A DNA stretch of 64,000 nucleotides from Patescibacteria group bacterium (GTDB lineage Bacteria; Patescibacteriota; Patescibacteriia; Patescibacteriales; UBA12465): the NCBI GenBank assembly GCA_041661685.1, contig JBAZTY010000004.1, positions 9,359 through 73,358 on the forward strand. Direction: 5' to 3'. The position numbers and the translations under genes are program-made. Below, piece by piece: positions 45,085 to 54,731 of this stretch. The notes under the pieces were generated by a model that saw nothing but the letters and a program-made list of their open reading frames with translations, searched no databases and was not told where the DNA came from. Positions within the stretch are counted from its first letter, which is position 1; each line of letters opens with the position of its first letter.

Positions 45085-45414
45085 ATGTCTAACGTTCTTA
45101 ATTTGACAAAAGGCAATTTTGCCGCCGAAGCGCTTAGTGGTCCGCTGCCGGTCCTAGTAGATTTCTGGGCTCCTTGGTGCATGCCTTGCCGCATGATGGC
45201 CCCAATCTTAGATGAGCTGTCTAAAGAGATGGAAGGAAAATTGAAGATCGCTAAGGTCGATACGGAAAATCCGGAAAATCAGTCTTTAGCCATGGAATAC
45301 CAGATCCAAAGCATCCCGAACATGAAATTATTCAAGGGCGGGAAGATGATCGGCGAATTTATCGGCCTAAGAAACAAAGAATCCTTAAAGAAAGAAATTG
45401 AAAATTTATTATAA
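45085..45414 (+). CDS. trxA: Thioredoxin with a WCMPC active site
   Basis: VLVDFWAPWCMPCRMMAPILDE and IQSIPNMKLFKGG. The fold is standard thioredoxin, with Met in place of the usual Gly in CGPC. Confidence 0.9.
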   Translation: MSNVLNLTKGNFAAEALSGPLPVLVDFWAPWCMPCRMMAPILDELSKEMEGKLKIAKVDTENPENQSLAMEYQIQSIPNMKLFKGGKMIGEFIGLRNKESLKKEIENLL

Positions 45415-45422
45415 ATAAAATT

Positions 45423-45451
45423 TGGCGCTCTTTCAGGGCGCCAGTTTTTTT
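45423..45451 (+). terminator. Rho-independent terminator after trxA
   Basis: TGGCGC/GCGCCA stem followed by TTTTTTT. Confidence 0.75.
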
Positions 45452-45464
45452 AATCATTTCTCAT

Positions 45465-46691
45465 ATGAGTATTTTTGAAGACAATAATCGACGTTTAGCC
45501 GATATCAGAGAATTAGAAGGAATAAGCGAAGCCGAAATGGCGCCGCTCAGCCAGCCGGTACAGACGAAATATACAGAACTGGATGTAAACGGCCAGAAAT
45601 ATCCGGCCTGGCGCATTGTTTATAATCGCGCGATCGGTCCGGGCAAAGGTGGAATCAGATTTCACCCCGATGTTAATGAAGATGAAGTCAAGTCTTTAGC
45701 TTTCTGGATGGCGCTAAAGAATTCACTGGCCGATATTCCTTACGGCGGCGCTAAAGGCGGAGTCAGATTTAATCCGAAGGACGCCAGTCCGGAGGAGCTT
45801 CAGGCAATCAGTCGCGCTTATGTTCAAGCTTTTCATGAATATCTCGGCGAGAATAAAGACGTGCCGGCGCCGGATGTCTACACGAACGGGCAGATTATGG
45901 CTTGGATGCTGGATGAGTTTGAGAAAATTAATGGCCGCCATGAACCGGGGATGATCACGGGCAAGCCGCTAGAAATCGGCGGTTTGGCCTTGAGAGGCGA
46001 TGCCACCGCGCAAGGCGGATATTTAGTCGTTAAGGAGATGGCCGGAGAATTCTTGAAAGGGCGCGCGCATGAAAAAGTGACCATCGTTATCCAGGGCTTC
46101 GGCAATGCGGGCCTGTTCATGACGGAGAAATTATTTAATGACGGCTATAAGATCATCGCTGTTTCCGACAGCCAAGGCGCTATCTATAATGAAGGCGGCT
46201 TGAATATTCCGGAATTGATAAAATTAAAGAATGGCGGCCAGTCGGTCGGAACTTATGCCGGCGGCAGCCAGATGACTAATGCTGAGCTCTTGGAATTAAA
46301 AACCGATATCTTAGTCTTAGCGGCTCTAGAAAATCAGATTACAAAAGATAATGCGGCGCGCGTTAAAGCGGATTATCTAGTTGAACTCGCGAACGGACCG
46401 GTTAGCTATGAGGCCGATCAGATTTTAAAAGACGCTGGCAAGATTATTGTTCCAGATATTTTAGCGAATTCCGGCGGCGTTATCGTCAGTTATTTCGAAT
46501 GGGCGCAGAATAAGACGGGTAGCATTTTGGATGAAGAATATCTGCGTAATTTATTAGAAAAGAAGATGAAAGCGAATTGGCAGAGAGTCTATAGCAAATA
46601 TTTAGAGAAGGGAAAGAAGATAACTTTGCGCCAGGCGGCCTATATCTTAGCCATTAAAAAGATATTAGCGGCGGCGAAGTGGCGCGGCTAG
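45465..46691 (+). CDS. Glu/Leu/Phe/Val-family amino-acid dehydrogenase (probable glutamate dehydrogenase)
   Basis: Catalytic-lysine region GPGKGGIRFHP, PYGGAKGG and the NAD(P) fold QGFGNAG. Confidence 0.9.
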   Translation: MSIFEDNNRRLADIRELEGISEAEMAPLSQPVQTKYTELDVNGQKYPAWRIVYNRAIGPGKGGIRFHPDVNEDEVKSLAFWMALKNSLADIPYGGAKGGVRFNPKDASPEELQAISRAYVQAFHEYLGENKDVPAPDVYTNGQIMAWMLDEFEKINGRHEPGMITGKPLEIGGLALRGDATAQGGYLVVKEMAGEFLKGRAHEKVTIVIQGFGNAGLFMTEKLFNDGYKIIAVSDSQGAIYNEGGLNIPELIKLKNGGQSVGTYAGGSQMTNAELLELKTDILVLAALENQITKDNAARVKADYLVELANGPVSYEADQILKDAGKIIVPDILANSGGVIVSYFEWAQNKTGSILDEEYLRNLLEKKMKANWQRVYSKYLEKGKKITLRQAAYILAIKKILAAAKWRG

Positions 46692-46730
46692 GAGAGACTC
46701 TATATTGAAAAAGAAAAAAAGATGAAAATA

Positions 46731-46770
46731 AAAAAAGACGGGGTTAAACCCCGTCTTTTAATTAATTTCA
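46731..46770. terminator. Bidirectional terminator between the dehydrogenase gene and the convergent thioredoxin-fold gene
   Basis: AAAAAAGACGGGG-TTAAA-CCCCGTCTTTT. Confidence 0.75.
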
Positions 46771-46795
46771 AGTCTACGGCTATTATCTGTTTTGG

Positions 46796-47818
46796 TTACT
46801 CACAGCCGGCAGTAGTAGAACCGGCAGCGGCTGTTCCGGAACCGAAACCGGCGGCAGGGGAAGTGCTGGACAAAGCAGTCTGGCATTCTTTCGGCTGGTT
46901 ATTGAAAGCGCTGCAGATAGTCTTTAATAGGGAAGCGGAATCACGGGCGCTGGAAATCTCCTGGCCGTTAATGATCAAAGTTGGAGAACCGCCGACGTTA
47001 TACTTATCGTTAGCGGCTTTATCAACATCGAAGCCAGGATAACTGCCCTGATAGCCGATATTGTTGGTGAAGTTACTGGTTACCTTGAAGCTCTGATCGG
47101 TCTTGGAAACGCAAGCAGCGAGTTTAGTCTTGTCGACCTTAGCGGAAGTAAGACAAGCGTCGGAAGAGCTAGATTCTAAGAAGCAAGCCAGGTAAGAATT
47201 TAATTTGCTGGTCTGTTCTTTCTGGATGCAGTATTGGGTCAGGTTTTCATTCAGTTCCTTCTGGCCATGCATGGCATAGCTGCAGAAATCTAAAGTAAAA
47301 TCGATCTTATTGCCTAAAGCGGCCAGGACGGGCAGGATGCCTTTTTCGATCTGGGTGCCGTAAGGGCAATAGCTCATGACGAATAATTCGACCGTTGGCT
47401 TATCGCTTTTCACGGAAACAGTCGCGGCCGGAGCGGAATTAGCGGCCGTGTTATTACCGGTAGCGGCGGCAGCGGCTTGCTGAGCAGTCTCTTCAATATT
47501 CAAAGCTTGCGGGAAGAATAATTTTCCGTCTTTAGTGATATAAGATTCGACGACATCGCTGACGATATCAATCTTTAATTTATAGAGTCCATATTCGGTA
47601 GTAACTTCTTTGATCGTCGCCTTGCTGCCGCTCTGCATCAAATAAGTGTTGACGAAAGTTTCGGCCTTGGCCTGAATTTCTTCAGGCTTCAAGTTCTTAG
47701 TTCCCGGTTGGCGGAAAGAGAAGAAGCCGATGACAACGAGGACAATCACGAGGATGATCGGCAGGACTATCCTCATAAAAACTTCTTTGGCGAAGATTTT
47801 TCTTATGATTTTTTTCAT
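46796..47818 (-). CDS. Membrane-anchored, exported thioredoxin-fold (DsbA-like) protein with a monothiol CPYG motif
   Basis: N-terminal TM anchor, a low-complexity Ala/Thr linker and FVMSYCPYGTQ where CxxC is expected. There are many paired Cys downstream. The family call is tentative. Confidence 0.55.
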   Translation of the reverse strand: MKKIIRKIFAKEVFMRIVLPIILVIVLVVIGFFSFRQPGTKNLKPEEIQAKAETFVNTYLMQSGSKATIKEVTTEYGLYKLKIDIVSDVVESYITKDGKLFFPQALNIEETAQQAAAAATGNNTAANSAPAATVSVKSDKPTVELFVMSYCPYGTQIEKGILPVLAALGNKIDFTLDFCSYAMHGQKELNENLTQYCIQKEQTSKLNSYLACFLESSSSDACLTSAKVDKTKLAACVSKTDQSFKVTSNFTNNIGYQGSYPGFDVDKAANDKYNVGGSPTLIINGQEISSARDSASLLKTICSAFNNQPKECQTALSSTSPAAGFGSGTAAAGSTTAGCE

Positions 47819-47910
47819 AATTTTTTTTATGATTATTTTATTATTATCGTTTATTATTATTCTATTATAGTAAAAATAGGCGCGGCCGTCAAAGCGAGCG
47901 GGTAGTAGCC

Positions 47911-48699
47911 TTAATTGCGAGGCATGGCGGCCTGCAAGGCGGCCGGCAGTTCGATCCGGAAGTCCTTAGTTTCACCCTTCAGATCATGAAAATTCAAGTG
48001 ATCAGCGACCAGGAAGACCCGTCCGAGGTTTAATTTCTTATTCTTAGCCTCGGTCTTTTTAGTATAATAGAGGCCGTCGCCGACGAGCGGATGGCCGTAG
48101 GCGAAGAAATGGACTCTGATTTGATGAGTGCGGCCGGTCTTGATACTGACGCGGAGCAAGGTATAGTTGACGAATCTTTTTAGGACTTCGAATTCGGTAA
48201 TAGCGACGCGCGATTTCATCCAGCTGTCGATATTGCCTTGATCGCGGTCTTTTGGATGGCGTCGGCGCAACAAATCTTCCGAGCCGGACGGTAAAGCGGC
48301 CATCTTATAGCCTTCTTGAGAACGGGTAATCGGAAAATTGATCGTGTCGACATCATGGGAAACTTTTCCATGGACAAGCGCGATGTATTCCTTATTGACT
48401 TCGCGCTCCTTGAATTGGTTCTTGAGATTTTCAAAGCTAGCCTGAGTCTTGGCGATAACCATCAAGCCGCTCACTTCCTTATCAAGGCGATGAACTAGGC
48501 CGGGACGAATCGGATCGTCGCCGACATCCTTGATTTTCTTATAATTAGCAATCAGCCAATCGGCTAAAGTCGGCTCTTTTAGATTTCCGCCCGCATGCAC
48601 AGCTAAACCGGCCGGTTTATTGATAACCAGATATTCCGGGGTTTCCGCGATAATTTCCGGAACTAGTTCCGGCGCCAGGACTTCTTTAGCTTTCGTCAT
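47911..48699 (-). CDS. RluA-family 23S rRNA/tRNA pseudouridine synthase (RluD-like, no S4 domain)
   Basis: Catalytic motif HRLDKEVSGLMVIAK and GRTHQIRVH. Confidence 0.9.
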   Translation of the reverse strand: MTKAKEVLAPELVPEIIAETPEYLVINKPAGLAVHAGGNLKEPTLADWLIANYKKIKDVGDDPIRPGLVHRLDKEVSGLMVIAKTQASFENLKNQFKEREVNKEYIALVHGKVSHDVDTINFPITRSQEGYKMAALPSGSEDLLRRRHPKDRDQGNIDSWMKSRVAITEFEVLKRFVNYTLLRVSIKTGRTHQIRVHFFAYGHPLVGDGLYYTKKTEAKNKKLNLGRVFLVADHLNFHDLKGETKDFRIELPAALQAAMPRN

Positions 48700-48704
48700 A
48701 TATG

Positions 48705-50180
48705 TTAAAAGTTAGTGTTATTATAGGTCGGGCCGCCGCTCTTTTTCTGGCGGCTGAAGATAGTTTCCAGATCGGCGCGCTTTATTCCGCCCATGAAGAA
48801 GAGAGCGATGAAATAAACGGCTATAGCGGCGAAAAGAGCTAGGAGCAAGCCCTTTGTGCCAGATTGACTCAGAGGGGCTAGCCAGTACAGGCAGAGTCCC
48901 ATAATAGCTGCGCTAGCTAAGGATTTCAAGCTTAGGACAAGATTGGGGCGGAAGCGGCTATACTTAAATACGCAAACGGCGGCAAAAATTGCGATGAGGG
49001 TCTCGCTATAGATAGTTACGGCCGCGGCTCCGAAATATGAGTATCTAGGAATCAAGACGAGATAAGCAATCAAGGCGGTTAGGCTCGTGAAGATATAATA
49101 ACCGATCATCTTTTTTTGCTTGTCGAGCGCGATAACGGCATGAGAGAACATTGTGCCTAAGAAGATAGCCGCGACTGCGAAGATGAGGATTTGCAATATC
49201 AAGCCCGAAGCGGCGAATTCTTCGCCGGCGACGGCTGTCATGATCGGGCGTCCCAGAAATTGCGCGCCGACGATAAGCGGGATAGCGACGAGGGCCATGA
49301 AGTCGAAAGATTTCTGGAGCACGCGTTTGAAATAATCATGGGCTTTATCCGACCAAGCCGTCGTGAGTATCGGCAAGACTAAGCCGGCAAACATAAACGG
49401 TATCGTTGTCAGCACATCGATTATCTTATAAGTCGCGCCGTATAAGCCGACAACATCCGCCCCGCGGAATAAAGATAAGAAGAGGGTATCGGCGCGCAGA
49501 TAGATAAGATTGAGTACTATCGTGATGGCAAAAGGCCAGGATTTAGAAAAGATATGTTTCCAGACAGCGCGGTCGAACTCCGGTTTGATGAAAGCGAATT
49601 TTACGGCCAAGAGATAATGGCCGAGGAAGCTGACGGCGGCGGAAACGACTGTGGCCCACAAGATTCCATTCAAGCCGTAACCGAATTTCTTAGCCAGAAC
49701 AATGCCAATAATGAGCGCGACGCGGCTAAGTACTTCAGCGATAGCGTCGCGGCCCATGCTCAGGCGTTTTTGGAAGAGCCCGATCAAGACCTGGTTCAGA
49801 GCTGGAAAGATGAAAGAAGCGAGAGCAATCAGAACCCCGGCTTTGACGACGGTGCTATAAGGAAACAATGAAACCGTCAGGGGCGCGAGCAGAAGGATAG
49901 CGATTATAGAAATTAGGCGCACGCCGAAGATATTGTTTAAGATTTTATTCTCATCGGCGCCGTGGACGCTAATCATCTGAACGGTAACAAGCGTCAGACC
50001 GAAATCGGCAATGACGGCAAAAAAAGTCAGGAAGGTCAGAACGGTCGTATATTCGCCGAAACCGGTCCGGCCGAGATAGCGGGTGATGAAGGCTAAAGCT
50101 AAAAGACCCAAGACTGTCGAAACAGCCTTGCCGGCGATTTGGATTATGGTATTATGGGCAATCTTTTTCGCTAAGCTCAT
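48705..50180 (-). CDS. MOP-superfamily polysaccharide/lipid-linked oligosaccharide flippase (Wzx/MurJ-like)
   Basis: 491 aa with about 14 TM helices. The N-terminal KNTIIQIAGKAVSTVLGLL pattern is typical of the polysaccharide biosynthesis protein family. Confidence 0.8.
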   Translation of the reverse strand: MSLAKKIAHNTIIQIAGKAVSTVLGLLALAFITRYLGRTGFGEYTTVLTFLTFFAVIADFGLTLVTVQMISVHGADENKILNNIFGVRLISIIAILLLAPLTVSLFPYSTVVKAGVLIALASFIFPALNQVLIGLFQKRLSMGRDAIAEVLSRVALIIGIVLAKKFGYGLNGILWATVVSAAVSFLGHYLLAVKFAFIKPEFDRAVWKHIFSKSWPFAITIVLNLIYLRADTLFLSLFRGADVVGLYGATYKIIDVLTTIPFMFAGLVLPILTTAWSDKAHDYFKRVLQKSFDFMALVAIPLIVGAQFLGRPIMTAVAGEEFAASGLILQILIFAVAAIFLGTMFSHAVIALDKQKKMIGYYIFTSLTALIAYLVLIPRYSYFGAAAVTIYSETLIAIFAAVCVFKYSRFRPNLVLSLKSLASAAIMGLCLYWLAPLSQSGTKGLLLALFAAIAVYFIALFFMGGIKRADLETIFSRQKKSGGPTYNNTNF

Positions 50181-50254
50181 TTTCTTGTCTTTTAAGCGTT
50201 ATTTTTATATAATATTAAAGTCTAGATTAATTATATCATATTTACCATATCTTT

Positions 50255-50692
50255 ATGAAAGTAGCTAAAAAACAAGTCCTAGCTTTTGTTTTTTTAGTCG
50301 TCATCAGCCTTATCGCCGTTTCCTTTGTTTCACCGGCGCACGCTGATCAAAGTCTTGTAACCAGTCAGATCGGTTTGAATGAAGCTGGGGATGTTTATGG
50401 CAGTCGCACGCCGACAGACATCCGCACTACCATCGCCCGGATAATCAATGTCGTTTTAGGCTTTCTGGGAGTGATTTTCGTCGTTTTGACTATTGTCGCC
50501 GGTTTCCAATATATGACTGCCGCTGGGAATGAAGAGAAGACCAAACAGGCGCTTGGTCTGATTAAGAATGCGGTTATCGGCCTGGTTATCGTTCTGATGT
50601 CTTGGATGCTCACGAGATTCATCGTTAGACAGATGAGCCGAGCGACTAATGGCGCGGTCGACTATACGACTTATACCCCTTATACTCCATAA
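50255..50692 (+). CDS. VirB2/TrbC-like (type IV secretion pilin-like) small membrane protein
   Basis: Signal peptide ending AHA|DQ, then two TM helices joined by the short loop YMTAAGNEEKTKQA. This is the conjugative-pilin topology. The call rests on topology and motif recall. Confidence 0.5.
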   Translation: MKVAKKQVLAFVFLVVISLIAVSFVSPAHADQSLVTSQIGLNEAGDVYGSRTPTDIRTTIARIINVVLGFLGVIFVVLTIVAGFQYMTAAGNEEKTKQALGLIKNAVIGLVIVLMSWMLTRFIVRQMSRATNGAVDYTTYTPYTP

Positions 50693-50806
50693 TCGGATTT
50701 TTCCTGGATTGACAATATTTTGATTTGTGGTATTATTGTCATTAGAAAGCTAGTTGTTTACCACAATTAGCTTTTTCTCTTATCAACTTAATTTAACCTC
50801 TAATAT

Positions 50807-52207
50807 ATGTCAGAAATAAGTAGCGCTATCAAGCAGCTATGCGAAGAAAAAAATTTAGATTATCAGGCGGTCATTTCGGCCGTCGAGTTGGCCCTAGCCG
50901 CCGCTTACCGTAAGGATTATGGCGAGCGCAATCAGAACATCCGCGTTAAATTCGATCCGAACACCGGCACTTCGGAAATTTTCGACGTGAAGACGGTCGT
51001 CGATAACCTGCCGGAAGCCGAAGAAGCGGAGATGCTTCAGAATCTATATAATCCGAATTTAAAAGAATTGAGCAAGGAAGAATTCCGTAATGATTTCAGG
51101 AATGATTTCCGCCACGAGATTAAGACCGAAGAAGCTTTGACCGAAGATGGCAAGAAAAAATTCAATCCGAAGACCGATATCCAGGTCAAGGAAGCAGGCA
51201 TCTTGAAGCATGATGCGAAGATTGGCGACGAGATCATCACTGATTTGCCGGTTCCGGACAGTTACGGCCGCATGGCCGCGCAGACCGCTAAGCAGGTCAT
51301 TATCCAGAAATTCAGAGAGATGGAGCGCGATACTATTTTCGGTGAATTTAAGAGCAAGGAAAAAGAAGTCGTTTCCGGCATCGTCCAGCGCCGCGAGGGC
51401 CGCTTCGTCTTTGTCGATCTCGGCAAAGCGATCGGCGTTTTGCCGGCCGAAGAACAGATTTACGGTGAGCACTATAATCCGAATGATCGTGTTAAAGTAT
51501 TTATAAAAGAAGTGCGTGAAGGCCATAAGGGCCCGGAAATCGTCTTGTCCCGCCGCTCTGAAGAAATTTTGCGTAAGATTTTCTATTTAGAAATTCCGGA
51601 AGTTGCTAACGGCTTAGTGGAAATAAAAGCCGTTGCGCGTGAAGCTGGCTCTCGTTCTAAGGTCGCTATCTGGACAGAGGCGGAGAATGTTGATCCGGTC
51701 GGTTCCTGCGTCGGTCAGCGCGGCTCTCGCGTTCAGACAATTATCAGCGAACTAGGCGGCGAGAAAATTGATATCATCGAATATAGCGAAGACGATGCTA
51801 AATTCATCGCTAACGCTCTCGCTCCGGCCAAAGTCATCTCAATCGATCTTGATCAAGTTGAACATAAGGCGGTTGTTAAAGTCAGTTCTGATAAGTTATC
51901 CTTAGCTATCGGCAAGGCTGGACAGAATGTCCGCTTAGCCGCCCGCTTAACTGGCTGGAAGATTGATATTATTGAAGCGACTGAAGACGGCGAGAAGAAA
52001 GTCTTGGCCGTTGATGAGAATAGCGAGGAATTGACTGAAGCTAATGAAATAATTAAGGGAGCGGAGGCTAGCGAAGTCGAGGCTGAAGTCCAAGATATCA
52101 TTGAAGAAGCTGCAGAGGGCGAAGCTAAGGCGACTAAAGCTGTTAAAGAAAAAGCTGCTCCGAAAGCTAAAGCCAAGAAAGCCGTCAAAAAGACTAAAAA
52201 AGAATAA
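50807..52207 (+). CDS. nusA: Transcription termination/antitermination factor NusA
   Basis: S1 domain (VSGIVQRREGRFVFVDLG) and tandem KH domains (GSCVGQRGSRVQ, AIGKAGQNVRLAARLTGW). An insertion is present in the N-terminal domain. The tail is acidic then Lys/Ala-rich. Confidence 0.92.
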   Translation: MSEISSAIKQLCEEKNLDYQAVISAVELALAAAYRKDYGERNQNIRVKFDPNTGTSEIFDVKTVVDNLPEAEEAEMLQNLYNPNLKELSKEEFRNDFRNDFRHEIKTEEALTEDGKKKFNPKTDIQVKEAGILKHDAKIGDEIITDLPVPDSYGRMAAQTAKQVIIQKFREMERDTIFGEFKSKEKEVVSGIVQRREGRFVFVDLGKAIGVLPAEEQIYGEHYNPNDRVKVFIKEVREGHKGPEIVLSRRSEEILRKIFYLEIPEVANGLVEIKAVAREAGSRSKVAIWTEAENVDPVGSCVGQRGSRVQTIISELGGEKIDIIEYSEDDAKFIANALAPAKVISIDLDQVEHKAVVKVSSDKLSLAIGKAGQNVRLAARLTGWKIDIIEATEDGEKKVLAVDENSEELTEANEIIKGAEASEVEAEVQDIIEEAAEGEAKATKAVKEKAAPKAKAKKAVKKTKKE

Positions 52208-52234
52208 TTATAAAAAATAAATAAACACACGTTT

Positions 52235-54244
52235 ATGCTAACAACGTTATTCATTCTCGGGAGCGCAGTGGTCGCTCTCATCTATGGAGGAGTAGTGATC
52301 GCTTCTATCCTGCGCCTGCCGGAAGGGAACGATAAGATGAAAGAGATCGCGGCGGCTATCCAGGCCGGCGCTAAAGCTTTCTTGAATCGTCAGTATCGCG
52401 CGGTCGCAATGGTGGCCGTCGTCTTATTCTTGGTTATCGGTTTTGTTCCGGTCTTGGGCTGGATGACTGCCTCGGCCTTCATAGCTGGCGCAGCCTTATC
52501 GGCTTTGACCGGTTATGTCGGTATGTATGTGAGCGTGCGCGCTAATGTCCGCACGACAGAAGCGGCTCGCGGCGGTTTAGCTAAAGCCTTGAACGTCGCC
52601 GTTAAAGGCGGCAGCGTCACGGGCATGCTCGTTGTTGGGCTAGCTTTATTAGGTACGGCCGGATTTTATTTCTTAACTAACGATTTGCATGCGCTTATCG
52701 GTTTTGCTTTCGGAGGATCTTTGATCTCTATCTTCGCTCGCTTAGGCGGCGGCATCTATACTAAGGCCGCGGATGTGGGCGCTGATTTAGTCGGTAAAGT
52801 CGAAGCCAATATTCCAGAAGATGATCCTCGCAATCCAGCGGTCATTGCTGACAACGTCGGCGATAACGTCGGCGATTGTGCAGGTATGGCGGCTGACTTA
52901 TTTGAGACTTATGCGGTTACTTCAATCGCGGCCATGGTTTTAGGCAGCTTATTATTTGCGGGTGATAAGAATATCATCCTATTCCCGCTAGTCCTTGGCG
53001 CAGTTTCCATTATTGCTTCTATTATCGGTATTTTCTTCATCCGTTTGGGTAAGAAGAAAAATATCATGCGCGCTTTATACAAAGGCTTGATCGCGGCTGG
53101 CGTCTTATCAGCTATCGCTTTTTATCCGATTACTAAATATATGATCGCGGGCGCGCTCAGCACTAAGATTTATTTGGCCGCTCTGATCGGTTTAGTCGTT
53201 ACTGGCTTATTAGTCGTTATCACTGAATATTATACTTCCACTGCTTTTAATCCGGTCAAAGACATTGCGGAAGCCTCGCGCACCGGCAGCGGCACTAACG
53301 TCATCGCCGGGTTGGCGGTTTCAATGAAGTCCACAGCTATGCCGGTTATCGTTATCTGTTTAGCTATTCTCGGCGCTTATTCATTGGCTGGTTTATACGG
53401 CATCGCAGTTGCAGCTATGGCCATGTTATCGATGGCGGGCATTATCGTCACTATCGACGCTTACGGCCCGATTACTGACAACGCCGGCGGTATCGCCGAA
53501 ATGGCGGAACTCGGTGATGATGTCAGAGATATCACTGACCCTCTAGACGCAGTCGGTAATACTACCAAGGCGGTTACTAAAGGCTACGCTATCGGTTCCG
53601 CCGCTTTAGCCGCTTTAGTTTTATTCGCTGATTTTACTTTTAAGATCAAAGACGCTGGCGGCAATGCTCAGTTTACGATTGATAATCCTTACGTGCTTGT
53701 CGGTCTATTCATCGGCGGCTTATTGCCATACCTTTTCGGCGCAATGGCTATGAAAGCGGTCGGACGCGCGGCCGGTTCGGTCGTTGAAGACGTTCGCGCT
53801 CAATTCAAGGAAAAGACCGGTATCATGAACGGCACGGAAAAACCGGATTACGGACGCACCGTTGATATTGTTACTAAAGCGGCTATTAAAGAAATGGTTA
53901 TCCCGGCTCTTATTCCGGTTGTCGCTCCGATTATCGTCGGCTTCGGCTTTAATATATTCGGCGCAGGACGCGGACTCGAAGCTTTAGGCGGATTATTAGT
54001 CGGTTCCATCGTTACCGGCATCTTCGTCGCAGTTTCTATGACTTCCGGCGGCGGCGCCTGGGACAATGCTAAGAAATATATCGAAGCCGGTCATTTTGGC
54101 GGCAAAGGCTCTGATGCTCATAAGGCGGCGGTTACCGGAGATACGGTTGGCGATCCTTATAAGGATACTGCCGGACCGGCAATCAATCCGATGATTAAGG
54201 TTTTAAACATCGTCGCTCTTCTCATTGTCGGCTTATTACTCTAA
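52235..54244 (+). CDS. hppA: Membrane-bound proton/sodium-translocating pyrophosphatase
   Basis: [50 protein letters not shown] and [17 protein letters not shown]. Confidence 0.95.
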   Translation: MLTTLFILGSAVVALIYGGVVIASILRLPEGNDKMKEIAAAIQAGAKAFLNRQYRAVAMVAVVLFLVIGFVPVLGWMTASAFIAGAALSALTGYVGMYVSVRANVRTTEAARGGLAKALNVAVKGGSVTGMLVVGLALLGTAGFYFLTNDLHALIGFAFGGSLISIFARLGGGIYTKAADVGADLVGKVEANIPEDDPRNPAVIADNVGDNVGDCAGMAADLFETYAVTSIAAMVLGSLLFAGDKNIILFPLVLGAVSIIASIIGIFFIRLGKKKNIMRALYKGLIAAGVLSAIAFYPITKYMIAGALSTKIYLAALIGLVVTGLLVVITEYYTSTAFNPVKDIAEASRTGSGTNVIAGLAVSMKSTAMPVIVICLAILGAYSLAGLYGIAVAAMAMLSMAGIIVTIDAYGPITDNAGGIAEMAELGDDVRDITDPLDAVGNTTKAVTKGYAIGSAALAALVLFADFTFKIKDAGGNAQFTIDNPYVLVGLFIGGLLPYLFGAMAMKAVGRAAGSVVEDVRAQFKEKTGIMNGTEKPDYGRTVDIVTKAAIKEMVIPALIPVVAPIIVGFGFNIFGAGRGLEALGGLLVGSIVTGIFVAVSMTSGGGAWDNAKKYIEAGHFGGKGSDAHKAAVTGDTVGDPYKDTAGPAINPMIKVLNIVALLIVGLLL

Positions 54245-54264
54245 GATAATTACTGATTGAAATT

Positions 54265-54295
54265 AAAAAACGCCTCCTTTTTCGGAGGCGTTTTT
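54265..54295 (+). terminator. Rho-independent terminator after hppA
   Basis: AAAAAACGCCTCC-TTTTTC-GGAGGCGTTTTT. Confidence 0.8.
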
Positions 54296-54304
54296 AGTTA
54301 AATA

Positions 54305-54329
54305 AAAAACCCCTTAGCTTAAGGGGTTT
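54305..54329 (-). terminator. Terminator-like hairpin for the convergent 98-aa gene
   Basis: AACCCCTTA-GC-TTAAGGGGTT flanked by an A-run, which is a T-run on the minus strand. Confidence 0.6.
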
Positions 54330-54340
54330 GTCTGTAAGAT

Positions 54341-54637
54341 TTAAAGTTCTATTTTTAACTCTTCTATTTCTCTTTCAATCTCTTCGATGATCATGATGAT
54401 GAATTCATGAAGACCGGCATTGTATTCCATAGTCATTTCTATAGCCGTGCATTCCATATGCTCAAGCTCTTCAGCCATGACTGTTTTAATAATCTCAAGC
54501 TTATCATCAGCCTTGATCATTTCTACGACCTTTTTTAAATTACTGATAAGCTCTTTTTCCTCTTCGATATTGCCGGGAGTCTTTTTTACTCTTTGTAGCA
54601 AATCGGAGAAATTAGGCACTTTTTTCTCTTCATTCAT
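54341..54637 (-). CDS. Hypothetical acidic helical protein (98 aa)
   Basis: Clean ORF with its own terminator. Glu-rich, predicted helical. No recognisable motif. Confidence 0.5.
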   Translation of the reverse strand: MNEEKKVPNFSDLLQRVKKTPGNIEEEKELISNLKKVVEMIKADDKLEIIKTVMAEELEHMECTAIEMTMEYNAGLHEFIIMIIEEIEREIEELKIEL

Positions 54638-54731
54638 CGTCTTATCTTGGTTTACTTTTTAAACAACTTTAACTATACTTTATACTATAAACCTTTTAAT
54701 AAGGCAAGAGCTTGAACATATTTATAATTTT

